Notes under the pieces: generated by a model
The model's database searches: none
Told to the model about the DNA's origin: nothing
What the model saw: only the letters and a program-made list of their open reading frames with translations
Shown: positions 13,264-20,901 of the stretch, piece by piece
Numbering within the stretch: the stretch's first letter is position 1
Layout of the letters: every line of letters starts with the position of its first letter
Program-made: the position numbers and the translations under genes
From: an uncultured Anaerolineae bacterium
GTDB lineage: Bacteria > Chloroflexota > Anaerolineae > J036 > Brachytrichaceae
NCBI GenBank assembly: GCA_964628875.1
Contig: CAZVQE010000002.1
Span: 1 to 27,245 of the forward strand
Direction: 5' to 3'
Length of the DNA: 27,245 bases

Positions 13264-15519
13264 TCACCGCACATCAAATTTTGTCAGCACGACCTCGCGC
13301 CCCGCAAAGACGCCATCCGCGCTGTATGCGCCTGCGCGCGTAAAGGGCTCGCGCGCCTCATACAGCACCAGCATCAAGCGATAAGCGCCCGGCTTCGCAT
13401 TGGAGTCAATCTTGAGTGTGTGTGACATGCGAATGTCAGTCGCTTGCTTGGGCAGTCCGAGGTCTTGTTGGGCGATCTTGTTGGCGCGCTCGTCCAACAA
13501 TTGCAATGACACATTCATGTTATCGGCGTTTGTATTGACCCACATGGTCTCTATTCTGATCGTGCCGCCTGCACGCGTGTCTTTTTGACTGATGTCGTAT
13601 TGCCGCAACTGCGCGCCGTTGTCATAGCGCAGTAGGGCGTTTTGTGAATCGCGCTTGATCAGATTGACTGTGCCAAATTCAACCCACTCTGCGCCGCGCG
13701 AGGTTTTTAGCCGCGCTCCGGAGGCTGCATCATAAATGCCGACGCGCCAATGCAATGTTTTGGGCGCGAACTCAAGGCTCGATATTCGTAACGTATAGTG
13801 ATCGCTCCAAATACGCGGCGCATTGAGTTGGCTTGTCGCCAAATTCCCCTGACCCGGATGCATATCACGCTGTGCCACGATCACGCCCGACTCATCCACC
13901 AGATGCACAAACACGCTGTAATTTTTATTGAGCGCTTTGTCGAGTTGCCAATTGAGCCGCAGCGTTACAGTCGCGTCGGGTTGCACCTGAGCCGTGTCTG
14001 CGCCTGCATTGGTGAGTGTGAGGGCATCGCCAAATGTGGCATTGATGGCAATCGGCAGCCGCGTCTGCCACACATTTTGTGGTGGCGCGTAGGTCGGCGC
14101 AATGATCCAAAACGGCACCGCAAACGCGAGCGTGATCATCAGCGCGGATGCCATTAACAAAATCACACGATGAATGCGCGCCAAGCCATACGCCATCGCC
14201 GCGCCAATCACAGCGATGCACGGAAACATCAGCCGCCCTTGTGATGCAGGTGTGAGCGACGTCCAGCGGATCAGCGCGACAAAAATCAGCGCGACCCAAA
14301 ACAACGCGAGTAAAACAGCGGCTCTGTCATTCCGAACGGCGCACTTTGTGCGCAAGTGAGGAATCCCTGCGTTGTTACTTTGATCGAATACAGAAAAATT
14401 GCAACGTGATATGACAGCTTTTATCAAGCCAATAAATGCCAATGCTGCCATGACATTGAGCGCGGTGTAGAGCCACTCGGGCAACAACACATTGAGCGTG
14501 CCAAACACGCCCCAATATGAATCCGCAAATCCGCCGCGTTCGCTCCACAGTTGCGCCCAAGTCATCGCGCCATCGCGGCGCCCGACCGCGTCCAAAAATC
14601 CATTCCAGCCGAGCCAGTCGCCGTATAGCGTGATGTTGCGCACAAACCACCAACCACTGATGAGCAACGTCACTGTGAGCATCACGCCATTAAATTTGAT
14701 GAGCGTGAGCAGTGTGCTTTTGTTGAATCGCGCGTGTGGCGTGTGTCGCCAGAGCGTCATCAGTGACGCGACGCCAAACAGCCCGAGCAGTCCGAGCGCG
14801 CTCGATTTGCTCAGCGCGCCGCATGCGGTGATTACGCCCGCAATAATCCCCGCGCGCACAGACAAATTCACCTGACGCAACAACCGCAACGCAAACCAAA
14901 AACCGAGCGTGCTAAAAAATACGGCGGCGTTGTCATTGTTGATTGAGCCGCTGATAAATGCAAACATCGGCACGCAGGCGACAAACACCATCGTCGTCAG
15001 CCGCAACAGTGCATCGCGCCCATCTACGCGCGTAAAAAATTCGCCTGCGATGAGATAGGCAAATAGCATGGTCAACGTGCTGAGTAACACCGATGCAAAT
15101 CGCGCGGCATGGATTGCCAATGCCGCGCCGCGCCAAGGAAAATCCTCTGCGGCGGTGTGCAACATGGCGTTGGCGTTGCCGTCGGCAGTTGGCACGCCCA
15201 TATCGCTGTGTATGTTTGGCTGACGCACAGCGCGCCATTGGCTGTGATCAAAGGGCGCAGAGATCAGCGCCGCAAAATAATAGTAGAGCGGAGGTTGGCT
15301 GCCTTCTTGCCGCCACGGCGCGTCGGCATCGCTCGCGCCTTTTTGTTGAATGGGCAACCCATTCCCCGACAAAATGCGCTGAACAACAGGGTAATGCCAT
15401 AGCTCATCTGACGCCTCGAACAATGGTGTGATGGCGCTATAAATCGAAAACAAAACAAACGAAGCCGCGATAAAAAGTGAGGCGATGCGACGTTCGTTTT
15501 TGAGCAGCACGTCAAACAC
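13264..15519 (-). CDS. GT-C fold (GT39/PMT_2/ArnT-like) membrane glycosyltransferase with C-terminal extracytoplasmic domains
   Basis: First TM followed by acidic DE motif (EASDELWHY), QPPLYY, INNDN, GALSKSSAL, SQGRLMFP; C-terminal YSVFVHL..AQRD repeats. GTG start abuts the upstream stop. Confidence 0.8.
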   Translation of the reverse strand: MFDVLLKNERRIASLFIAASFVLFSIYSAITPLFEASDELWHYPVVQRILSGNGLPIQQKGASDADAPWRQEGSQPPLYYYFAALISAPFDHSQWRAVRQPNIHSDMGVPTADGNANAMLHTAAEDFPWRGAALAIHAARFASVLLSTLTMLFAYLIAGEFFTRVDGRDALLRLTTMVFVACVPMFAFISGSINNDNAAVFFSTLGFWFALRLLRQVNLSVRAGIIAGVITACGALSKSSALGLLGLFGVASLMTLWRHTPHARFNKSTLLTLIKFNGVMLTVTLLISGWWFVRNITLYGDWLGWNGFLDAVGRRDGAMTWAQLWSERGGFADSYWGVFGTLNVLLPEWLYTALNVMAALAFIGLIKAVISRCNFSVFDQSNNAGIPHLRTKCAVRNDRAAVLLALFWVALIFVALIRWTSLTPASQGRLMFPCIAVIGAAMAYGLARIHRVILLMASALMITLAFAVPFWIIAPTYAPPQNVWQTRLPIAINATFGDALTLTNAGADTAQVQPDATVTLRLNWQLDKALNKNYSVFVHLVDESGVIVAQRDMHPGQGNLATSQLNAPRIWSDHYTLRISSLEFAPKTLHWRVGIYDAASGARLKTSRGAEWVEFGTVNLIKRDSQNALLRYDNGAQLRQYDISQKDTRAGGTIRIETMWVNTNADNMNVSLQLLDERANKIAQQDLGLPKQATDIRMSHTLKIDSNAKPGAYRLMLVLYEAREPFTRAGAYSADGVFAGREVVLTKFDVR
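14326..14415. repeat. Palindromic GTCAT...ATGAC element inserted in frame inside the glycosyltransferase CDS
   Basis: 90 bp, 7-bp terminal inverted repeat CTGTCAT/ATGACAG. The arm GTCATTCCGAACG..GAGGAATC closely matches the intergenic copy at 23893-23976. Confidence 0.75.
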
Positions 15520-16020
15520 TTAGGATTGATCAGGCGGAGCGAGTTGATCGAAGTTTGCTACCCCGGTGCGTTCGGCGCGGCTATGCTCTAGCTTGGCAAT
15601 GCCATTGTGTGCGCTGGTGATCAGTCGCTCAAACTCGGCGCTGAGTTGCTTGAGTGTGTCAATGGCATATGTGTCGGCATCAATGCGCAGTCGAGCCGCC
15701 TCTTGACGCGCGCGCTCCTCAATATGCACGGCGCGCGATTGCGCCAGTTGCATGATATTGGCGTGATCTGCCATACGTGCGGCTTCATCTTGCGCCAATG
15801 CGCGGATGCGCTCACCTTCTTCGCGCGCCTGTGCGATGATGCGGTCGCGCTCTTGCTCGATACTTTGTGCGCGTTTGATTTCTTCGGGGATCGCTAGCAC
15901 CATCTGGTCAATCAGTTGAAAACACTTTTGCGCATCCACGAGGCGCATTTGCGTGCCGGGCACCTTGCGGCTATCCATGATGATGGCTTCGAGTCGTCCA
16001 AGCAGATGTTGAATATCCAT
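15520..16020 (-). CDS. DivIVA/SepIVA-like coiled-coil protein typically found downstream of coaD
   Basis: IPEEIKRAQ..ERDRII..AREEGERI..A; ADTYA..L; coiled-coil composition; conserved position after coaD. Confidence 0.7.
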   Translation of the reverse strand: MDIQHLLGRLEAIIMDSRKVPGTQMRLVDAQKCFQLIDQMVLAIPEEIKRAQSIEQERDRIIAQAREEGERIRALAQDEAARMADHANIMQLAQSRAVHIEERARQEAARLRIDADTYAIDTLKQLSAEFERLITSAHNGIAKLEHSRAERTGVANFDQLAPPDQS

Positions 16021-16050
16021 CCTTAAAAAATTTTATCACCGATGCGTGAT

Positions 16051-16533
16051 TTAGGCGGACTTTTTGAGCGCGCGCGCAACGTTGTCAGGCACGAGCGGGC
16101 TGATATCACCACCGAGCTGAGCCACCTCGCGCACCAGCGTCGCACTCAAAAATGTATGAGGGCTGGTGGCGAAAAGTGACACGATCTCGATGTCGGGCGC
16201 CAGCCAATAATTGGTCAGCGCGAGTTGCAGTTCATAGTCAAAATCAACACTGTTGCGCAAGCCGCGGATCATGACCTTTGCGCCAACCTCGCGCGCAAAA
16301 TTAACCGTCAGTCCACTGTAACCAACCACGCGGATGTTGTGGCGCGTGTTGATTTTTTCAATGGCTTCTGCGGCGAGTGCGATGCGTTGCTTTTGATCAA
16401 AGAGTAGCTTTTTGTTGGGCAGGTCGTACACGCCGATGACAAGCCGATCGAACATAGCTGCCGCGCGATGAGCAAGATCCAGATGTCCGTTGTGGATCGG
16501 GTCAAATGTGCCCGGATAGAGTGCGGTGGTCAT
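16051..16533 (-). CDS. coaD: Phosphopantetheine adenylyltransferase
   Basis: ALYPGTFDPIHNGHLD, IRGLR..DFDYE, LSATLVREVAQLGGD. Confidence 0.96.
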   Translation of the reverse strand: MTTALYPGTFDPIHNGHLDLAHRAAAMFDRLVIGVYDLPNKKLLFDQKQRIALAAEAIEKINTRHNIRVVGYSGLTVNFAREVGAKVMIRGLRNSVDFDYELQLALTNYWLAPDIEIVSLFATSPHTFLSATLVREVAQLGGDISPLVPDNVARALKKSA

Positions 16534-16796
16534 TTTGTTTTATAGGCTTCGCGTCGGTGTGCGACTTGAATAATAAGGACGTAAAGAATGCTATCTTTGA
16601 TCTGATAAATAATGCGATAGTCGCCAACACGCACACGCCAGCGATCTACACTGCCACTGAGTTTTTTTGCGCCGTGCGGACGCGGATTTGTTTTTAGGTT
16701 TTCTAACTCGGGAAATATCCGTTTTTGGATGTCGCTAGGAAGTTTGTTCAGATTTCGAGCGGCGGCGCGGGTTATTTCAACTTGATACTGATTCAT
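16530..16796 (-). CDS. RelE/ParE-superfamily (RelE/StbE-like) type II toxin
   Basis: 88 aa; YQVEIT..A...L.KL, NPRPHGAKKL, WRVRVGDYRIIYQI, V..VAHRREAY. Its stop overlaps the coaD start (ATGA). Confidence 0.92.
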   Translation of the reverse strand: MNQYQVEITRAAARNLNKLPSDIQKRIFPELENLKTNPRPHGAKKLSGSVDRWRVRVGDYRIIYQIKDSILYVLIIQVAHRREAYKTK

Positions 16797-16824
16797 TGGT
16801 TGTGCGCACTCCGCAAGTTTGTGA

Positions 16825-17085
16825 TTAGGCTGACGACTTCGTTGATTTCATAAATTCATCAAGCGTGATCTTTTCGCTACCTTCATTCAACGCATCGTCA
16901 GCCAAAAGATTATCTACTGCGTCTTGCAGGTGTGTGGGTAGTTGCTCCCAGTCAGCCGAATGCGCCAGCACACGCAGATCATCAATGGACAAAATCACAT
17001 CTGTAATGCGCCCCTTGTCGTTTTGAATCCAACGCGGTGGCTCGCCGCGCCGAATAGATTTTGAATGTGTAGATGTGCGAATCAT
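16825..17085 (-). CDS. Putative antitoxin (start moved to ATG 17085)
   Basis: 86 aa directly upstream of the toxin; NDKGRITDVILSIDD segment and acidic C-terminus ending ITLDEF. TATAAT at 17100-17095. Confidence 0.7.
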   Translation of the reverse strand: MIRTSTHSKSIRRGEPPRWIQNDKGRITDVILSIDDLRVLAHSADWEQLPTHLQDAVDNLLADDALNEGSEKITLDEFMKSTKSSA

Positions 17086-17111
17086 CTTGCGAAGATTATA
17101 TGCGCGCGACG

Positions 17112-19664
17112 CTAACTTGCGTCGCCGACTTTTTCGCGGTTGAGCCAAAATTTGCTGACTTTGTCGGCGAGTAATTTGTGCTGAGGCTGGCTCAGCGCTG
17201 AGTCAGCGCCGATCACACGCTCAGCTTGCTCGCGCGCTTGCTCTAGCAAATCGCGGTCGCCGATGCCGACCAATCGCAACTCAGGCTCACCGCTCTGTCG
17301 CGTGCCAAAAAACTCGCCGGGTCCGCGAATCTGCAAGTCAATGTCCGCCAGCTTAAAGCCATCTTGCGTGCTGACGATGGCTTGCAGTCGCTCATCGCTC
17401 AGTGCGCTGCTCGAGTCCGCCAGCAAAAGACAAAATGAAGGATGCTGTCCGCGTCCGACGCGCCCGCGAAACTGATGCAACTGCGACAAGCCAAAGCGAT
17501 TGGCGCCCTCGATCATCATCACGGTTGCGTTTGGCACGTCAATGCCGACCTCGACGACAGAGGTCGAGACCAACACCTGTAGCTCATTGCGCGCAAATGC
17601 GCTCATCACTTCTTCTTTCTCGCTGGCTTTCATGCGGCCATGCAATAAGCCAAGTTTTAGATTTGGAAACACATCGCGTTGCAATCGCGCATGTTCTTCG
17701 ATCGCGGCTTTGGCTTCTACTTTTTCGCTCTCTTCGACCAACGGGCAAATGATGAATGCTTGTCGGCCTTCATTCACCTGCGAACGCACAAATGCGTAGG
17801 CACGCTCGCGCTCGGCGGGTGCAAACCAGTGCGTCGTAATCGGTTGCCTGCCGGGTGGCAATTCATCCAAGATCGTGTTGTCGAGATCGCCGTACATCGT
17901 CAGCGCGAGGGTGCGGGGAATGGGTGTCGCTGTCATGTACAACGTATGTGGATTGGTCGTGCTGCCCTTTTGACGCAACGCCTTGCGCTGCTCGACACCA
18001 AAGCGGTGTTGCTCATCCACCACTACAAAGCCTAGATTCTTAAATTGCACCGCGTCCTGAATCAGCGCGTGTGTGCCGACGATGACATTGATCTCGCCAC
18101 TCGCAAGCTGCTCATAGATGTCGCGCTTGTCGGCGGCTTTGACGCTGCCGGTCAGTAGCTGGATGTTGATCTTTGGCAACATCATTTGCAGCGCGCCATG
18201 CGCCGCAAAGCCCTCAAACAACTTTTGCAGATTTTTATAGTGCTGCTCCGCCAAAATCTCGGTCGGCGCCATGATCGCAGCTTGCGCCCCTACGCTGACA
18301 GCGAGCGCCATTCCAAGCGCTGCCACGACTGTCTTGCCCGCGCCGACATCGCCTTGCAGCAGACGGCGCATGCCGACCGGCTGGCGAATGTCGCTGCTGA
18401 TGCGCTCAATCGCGCGGCGTTGTGCGGTGGTGAGCGAGTAGGGCAGCGCCGCAATCAAGCGAGGCAATAAGTCGGCGTTGTATTCGAGCGGTTGCGCTGG
18501 CTCGCCGCGCCATAGTTGGCGCTGTTTGAGCACAGCCATCTGCAACACAAATAGCTCATCAAACGCCAAGCGACGTCGCGCATTTTCTTTAGTGCGCGGA
18601 TCACGCGGAAAATGAATCTCGCGCAACGCATCGGGTAGTGGCATCAGATTCGCGGCGCGGCGCACATCGTCGGGCATAAACTCTGGCGCGCGTTGCGACC
18701 AATATTCTGATACACGCTTCATGACGCGGCGCAGCAGCAGCGGTTGCAATCCTTCGGTCAGCGGATAGATTGGCACGATGCGCCCGCCGGTGATCCATTC
18801 ACGCTCAGCTGGCTCAAACGTCGGATTTTGAAAAATCAATTTGCCAAGATACTCGCTGACCTTGCCGCTGATGACGACCTCGCGCCCGACTTGCATATTT
18901 TTTTGCATGTTATCGGCCGCGCGTTCATTGGTAAACCAACGGCACTCGATCATGCCTGAGGCGTCTTCGACGACAGCCGTGAAGATGATCAAGTTTGTTT
19001 TTGTCTTGCGTTTGTAGGCGCTGGCGACACGCGCGATCAGCGTGACCTGATCGTTGTACTCGAGCTGATTGATCGGGCGCAATGCGCTGTAGTCATCGTA
19101 GCGCGCTGGAAAAAAGTAGAGCAAGTCGCCAATTGTTTTGACGCCGAGCTTTTCGAGGCGCGCGGCGTTGGCATCGCCAATGCCTGCGATTTTGGTGACA
19201 GATGCGTCGAGCCCCAGTCCCGCCTGTTGCGGCATCACGCGCGATGTATAGCGCGTCTCGTCGGGACGAGCGTTGTCGGATCGCATTTCACGGCGTGGTT
19301 CTTCGCGCCGCGCGTCTTCGCGCCGCGTATCCTCGCGCCGTGCGGGTTGTTGCGCGGGCTTTTCTTTTTGTTCTTGTGGAATGGCGCTTGCGCCGAAGGA
19401 CGGCGTTGCGTTTGGATTTTGTAGTTTGTCAATCAACGCGGTGAGCGCGGTGCGACGCGCATCGCCGTCGGTGAGTGTGCTGTAGTCACGCATCATTTGC
19501 GCCACTTGCTCGGCAAATGCGCTATCAATTGAGTTGCGTGCGGCGTCATTGAGCCACGCCGCCGAGAATGAAGCAAGCCCGCGCGTCACGGCTTTGTCTT
19601 GATAGCCAGTTTGTGCTTCGAGCTTGAGGATCTTGATGAGTTTGTCAGTCGCTGGGTTCGGCAT
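17112..19664 (-). CDS. recG: ATP-dependent DNA helicase RecG with a ~150-aa N-terminal extension
   Basis: LLQGDVGAGKT, MAPTEILAEQH, DEQHRFGV, MTATPIPRTL, LHGRMK, EVGIDVPNAT, QLHQFRGRVGRG. Confidence 0.96.
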   Translation of the reverse strand: MPNPATDKLIKILKLEAQTGYQDKAVTRGLASFSAAWLNDAARNSIDSAFAEQVAQMMRDYSTLTDGDARRTALTALIDKLQNPNATPSFGASAIPQEQKEKPAQQPARREDTRREDARREEPRREMRSDNARPDETRYTSRVMPQQAGLGLDASVTKIAGIGDANAARLEKLGVKTIGDLLYFFPARYDDYSALRPINQLEYNDQVTLIARVASAYKRKTKTNLIIFTAVVEDASGMIECRWFTNERAADNMQKNMQVGREVVISGKVSEYLGKLIFQNPTFEPAEREWITGGRIVPIYPLTEGLQPLLLRRVMKRVSEYWSQRAPEFMPDDVRRAANLMPLPDALREIHFPRDPRTKENARRRLAFDELFVLQMAVLKQRQLWRGEPAQPLEYNADLLPRLIAALPYSLTTAQRRAIERISSDIRQPVGMRRLLQGDVGAGKTVVAALGMALAVSVGAQAAIMAPTEILAEQHYKNLQKLFEGFAAHGALQMMLPKINIQLLTGSVKAADKRDIYEQLASGEINVIVGTHALIQDAVQFKNLGFVVVDEQHRFGVEQRKALRQKGSTTNPHTLYMTATPIPRTLALTMYGDLDNTILDELPPGRQPITTHWFAPAERERAYAFVRSQVNEGRQAFIICPLVEESEKVEAKAAIEEHARLQRDVFPNLKLGLLHGRMKASEKEEVMSAFARNELQVLVSTSVVEVGIDVPNATVMMIEGANRFGLSQLHQFRGRVGRGQHPSFCLLLADSSSALSDERLQAIVSTQDGFKLADIDLQIRGPGEFFGTRQSGEPELRLVGIGDRDLLEQAREQAERVIGADSALSQPQHKLLADKVSKFWLNREKVGDAS
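19300..19344 (-). repeat. 15-bp tandem repeat x3 encoding RRE(D/E)x in the RecG linker
   Basis: TCTTCGCGCCGCGCG / TCTTCGCGCCGCGTA / TCCTCGCGCCGTGCG; the protein reads ARREDTRREDARREEPRRE. Confidence 0.85.
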
Positions 19665-19699
19665 TGAATTGATGATTATATGTGGCGCACATGATCCGC

Positions 19700-19798
19700 T
19701 TTGTCATTCTGAGGCTCGAAGAGCTGAAGAATCTCTATGACTGCAAATAATTGCTACTGTATTTCATAAAGATTCTGAGCGAAGCGAAGAATGACAAA
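19700..19798. repeat. GTCAT...ATGAC palindromic element
   Basis: 11-bp terminal inverted repeat TTTGTCATTCT/AGAATGACAAA; internal GAAGAATCT...AGATTCT; CTGAGCGAAGCGAAGAAT motif. Confidence 0.75.
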
Positions 19799-19815
19799 CA
19801 CACGCGCAAAATTTA

Positions 19816-19879
19816 ATGTAAAGGTTACTTGACATTTGGTGAGTGGATTTGTATCATGCTGTGTAAAGGATGCTTGACA
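19816..19879 (+). promoter_or_regulatory. Sigma70 promoter overlapped and followed by two XRE-type operators
   Basis: TTGACA (19829-34), 17 nt, TATCAT (19852-57). Near-palindromes TGTAAAG-gtta-CTTGACA (19817-34) and TGTAAAG-gatg-CTTGACA (19862-79). Confidence 0.8.
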
Positions 19880-19913
19880 TCAAAATTTGCAAACAGGTTA
19901 ATCGGAAGGTAAA

Positions 19914-20312
19914 TTGAACAACACAATCAAACACACGAATTTCACCGCGATCAAAGTGACCGCCGCAATAGATGCAGCTTATTGCTTCTTTTGGGGCGGC
20001 AAATTTGCGAGTGACTCATCAGCACTTGGCGCACAGATCGGCATAAACTCAACGATCTTGTTGATCGTAGGAATTGGGCTCATGCTTTACAGCATTGCGA
20101 TTTTGGCGGCCATATGGCGCACACAAAAGGTAAATTCACTCCTCAACATCAACAGCTTGTTGATTACGCTAAACATGATTTGGATGATCGGAACTTCGCT
20201 ATTGGCGTATTTTGGCATCCTTTCACTCTACGGCGTAACGCTCAATACGCTAGTCAATATTGGTATCGCATTGATTGCGCTGATTCAATTTGCGGTGCGC
20301 ATTAAAAACTAA
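19914..20312 (+). CDS. Hypothetical ~4-TM membrane protein (TTG start)
   Basis: 132 aa, strongly hydrophobic; GGAAGG RBS; first gene after the promoter; visibly AT-richer than its neighbours. Confidence 0.7.
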   Translation: MNNTIKHTNFTAIKVTAAIDAAYCFFWGGKFASDSSALGAQIGINSTILLIVGIGLMLYSIAILAAIWRTQKVNSLLNINSLLITLNMIWMIGTSLLAYFGILSLYGVTLNTLVNIGIALIALIQFAVRIKN

Positions 20313-20321
20313 ATTACTAAC

Positions 20322-20723
20322 ATGAACACAAATTCAAAACTGTATTTACGCGAATTCATACCTGCTATGGCGCTGTATGTGATAGTTGTGCTGATCACGC
20401 TGCCGATCCTGCGCGCAAATCCAACCGCCGAGTGGCGTTATCTTGTTGCATTGTTGCCGCTCGTCCCGGTAGGTTTGGCATTGCTGGCGGTGATCAGACA
20501 TGTGCGTAGGCTTGATGAGTTTCAGCAACGCATTCAGCTTGAGGCAATCGCCTTCGCCTTTGTGGACACGTTGTTGATGGCGTTTGCATATGGCTTTTTA
20601 GAGATTGCTGGCTTTCCGCAGATTGGCATGTTGTGGGTGCTGCCCTATGGCATATTTGCATGGGTTCTCGGACAGTGGATTGCCAATCGCCGATATCGCA
20701 CAAATGCAAAACAACCTGCGTGA
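20322..20723 (+). CDS. Hypothetical ~4-TM membrane protein of the type paired with small XRE regulators
   Basis: 133 aa; RRLDEFQQRIQLEA..FAF and YGFLEIAGFP; overlaps the downstream HTH start. Confidence 0.8.
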   Translation: MNTNSKLYLREFIPAMALYVIVVLITLPILRANPTAEWRYLVALLPLVPVGLALLAVIRHVRRLDEFQQRIQLEAIAFAFVDTLLMAFAYGFLEIAGFPQIGMLWVLPYGIFAWVLGQWIANRRYRTNAKQPA

Positions 20724-20898
20724 GCTGCGCGCCAAACGCGAATGGTCGCAGCAAGACCTCGCCGACAAACTCAACGTATCGCGTCAAACCGTAAACGCCA
20801 TCGAGACCGGCAAATACGATCCGAGCTTGCCACTTGCGTTCAAGATCGCCAAAGTATTTGGCAAACGCATCGAAGACATCTTTGAGGCTGAGTCGTGA
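20704..20898 (+). CDS. XRE-family (HTH_3) transcriptional regulator (start moved to ATG 20704)
   Basis: MQNNLRELRAKREWSQQDLADKLNVSRQTVNAIETGKYDPSLPLAFKIAKVFG..IEDIF; 64 aa. Confidence 0.93.
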   Translation: MQNNLRELRAKREWSQQDLADKLNVSRQTVNAIETGKYDPSLPLAFKIAKVFGKRIEDIFEAES

Positions 20899-20901
20899 TC
20901 G

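Noticed and set aside
13150-13425. ORF beginning MGRVTSFPRKRESS
   Set aside because: This is a translation of the palindromic element (GTCATTCCCGCGAAAGCGGGAATC) running antisense into the GT gene, a typical spurious call.
17086-17148. Longer antitoxin start at 17148 overlapping recG
   Set aside because: TTG start inside recG; ATG 17085 sits behind a TATAAT and gives a typical antitoxin size.
20605-20703. N-terminal extension of the XRE ORF (CCGCC peptide)
   Set aside because: An out-of-frame reading of the membrane-protein gene; the HTH family starts at MQNNL (20704).
16530-20898. Prophage or defence island suggested by the TA pair and the XRE regulator
   Set aside because: No integrase, att-like repeats, phage or defence genes; the core gene recG lies between the two modules.
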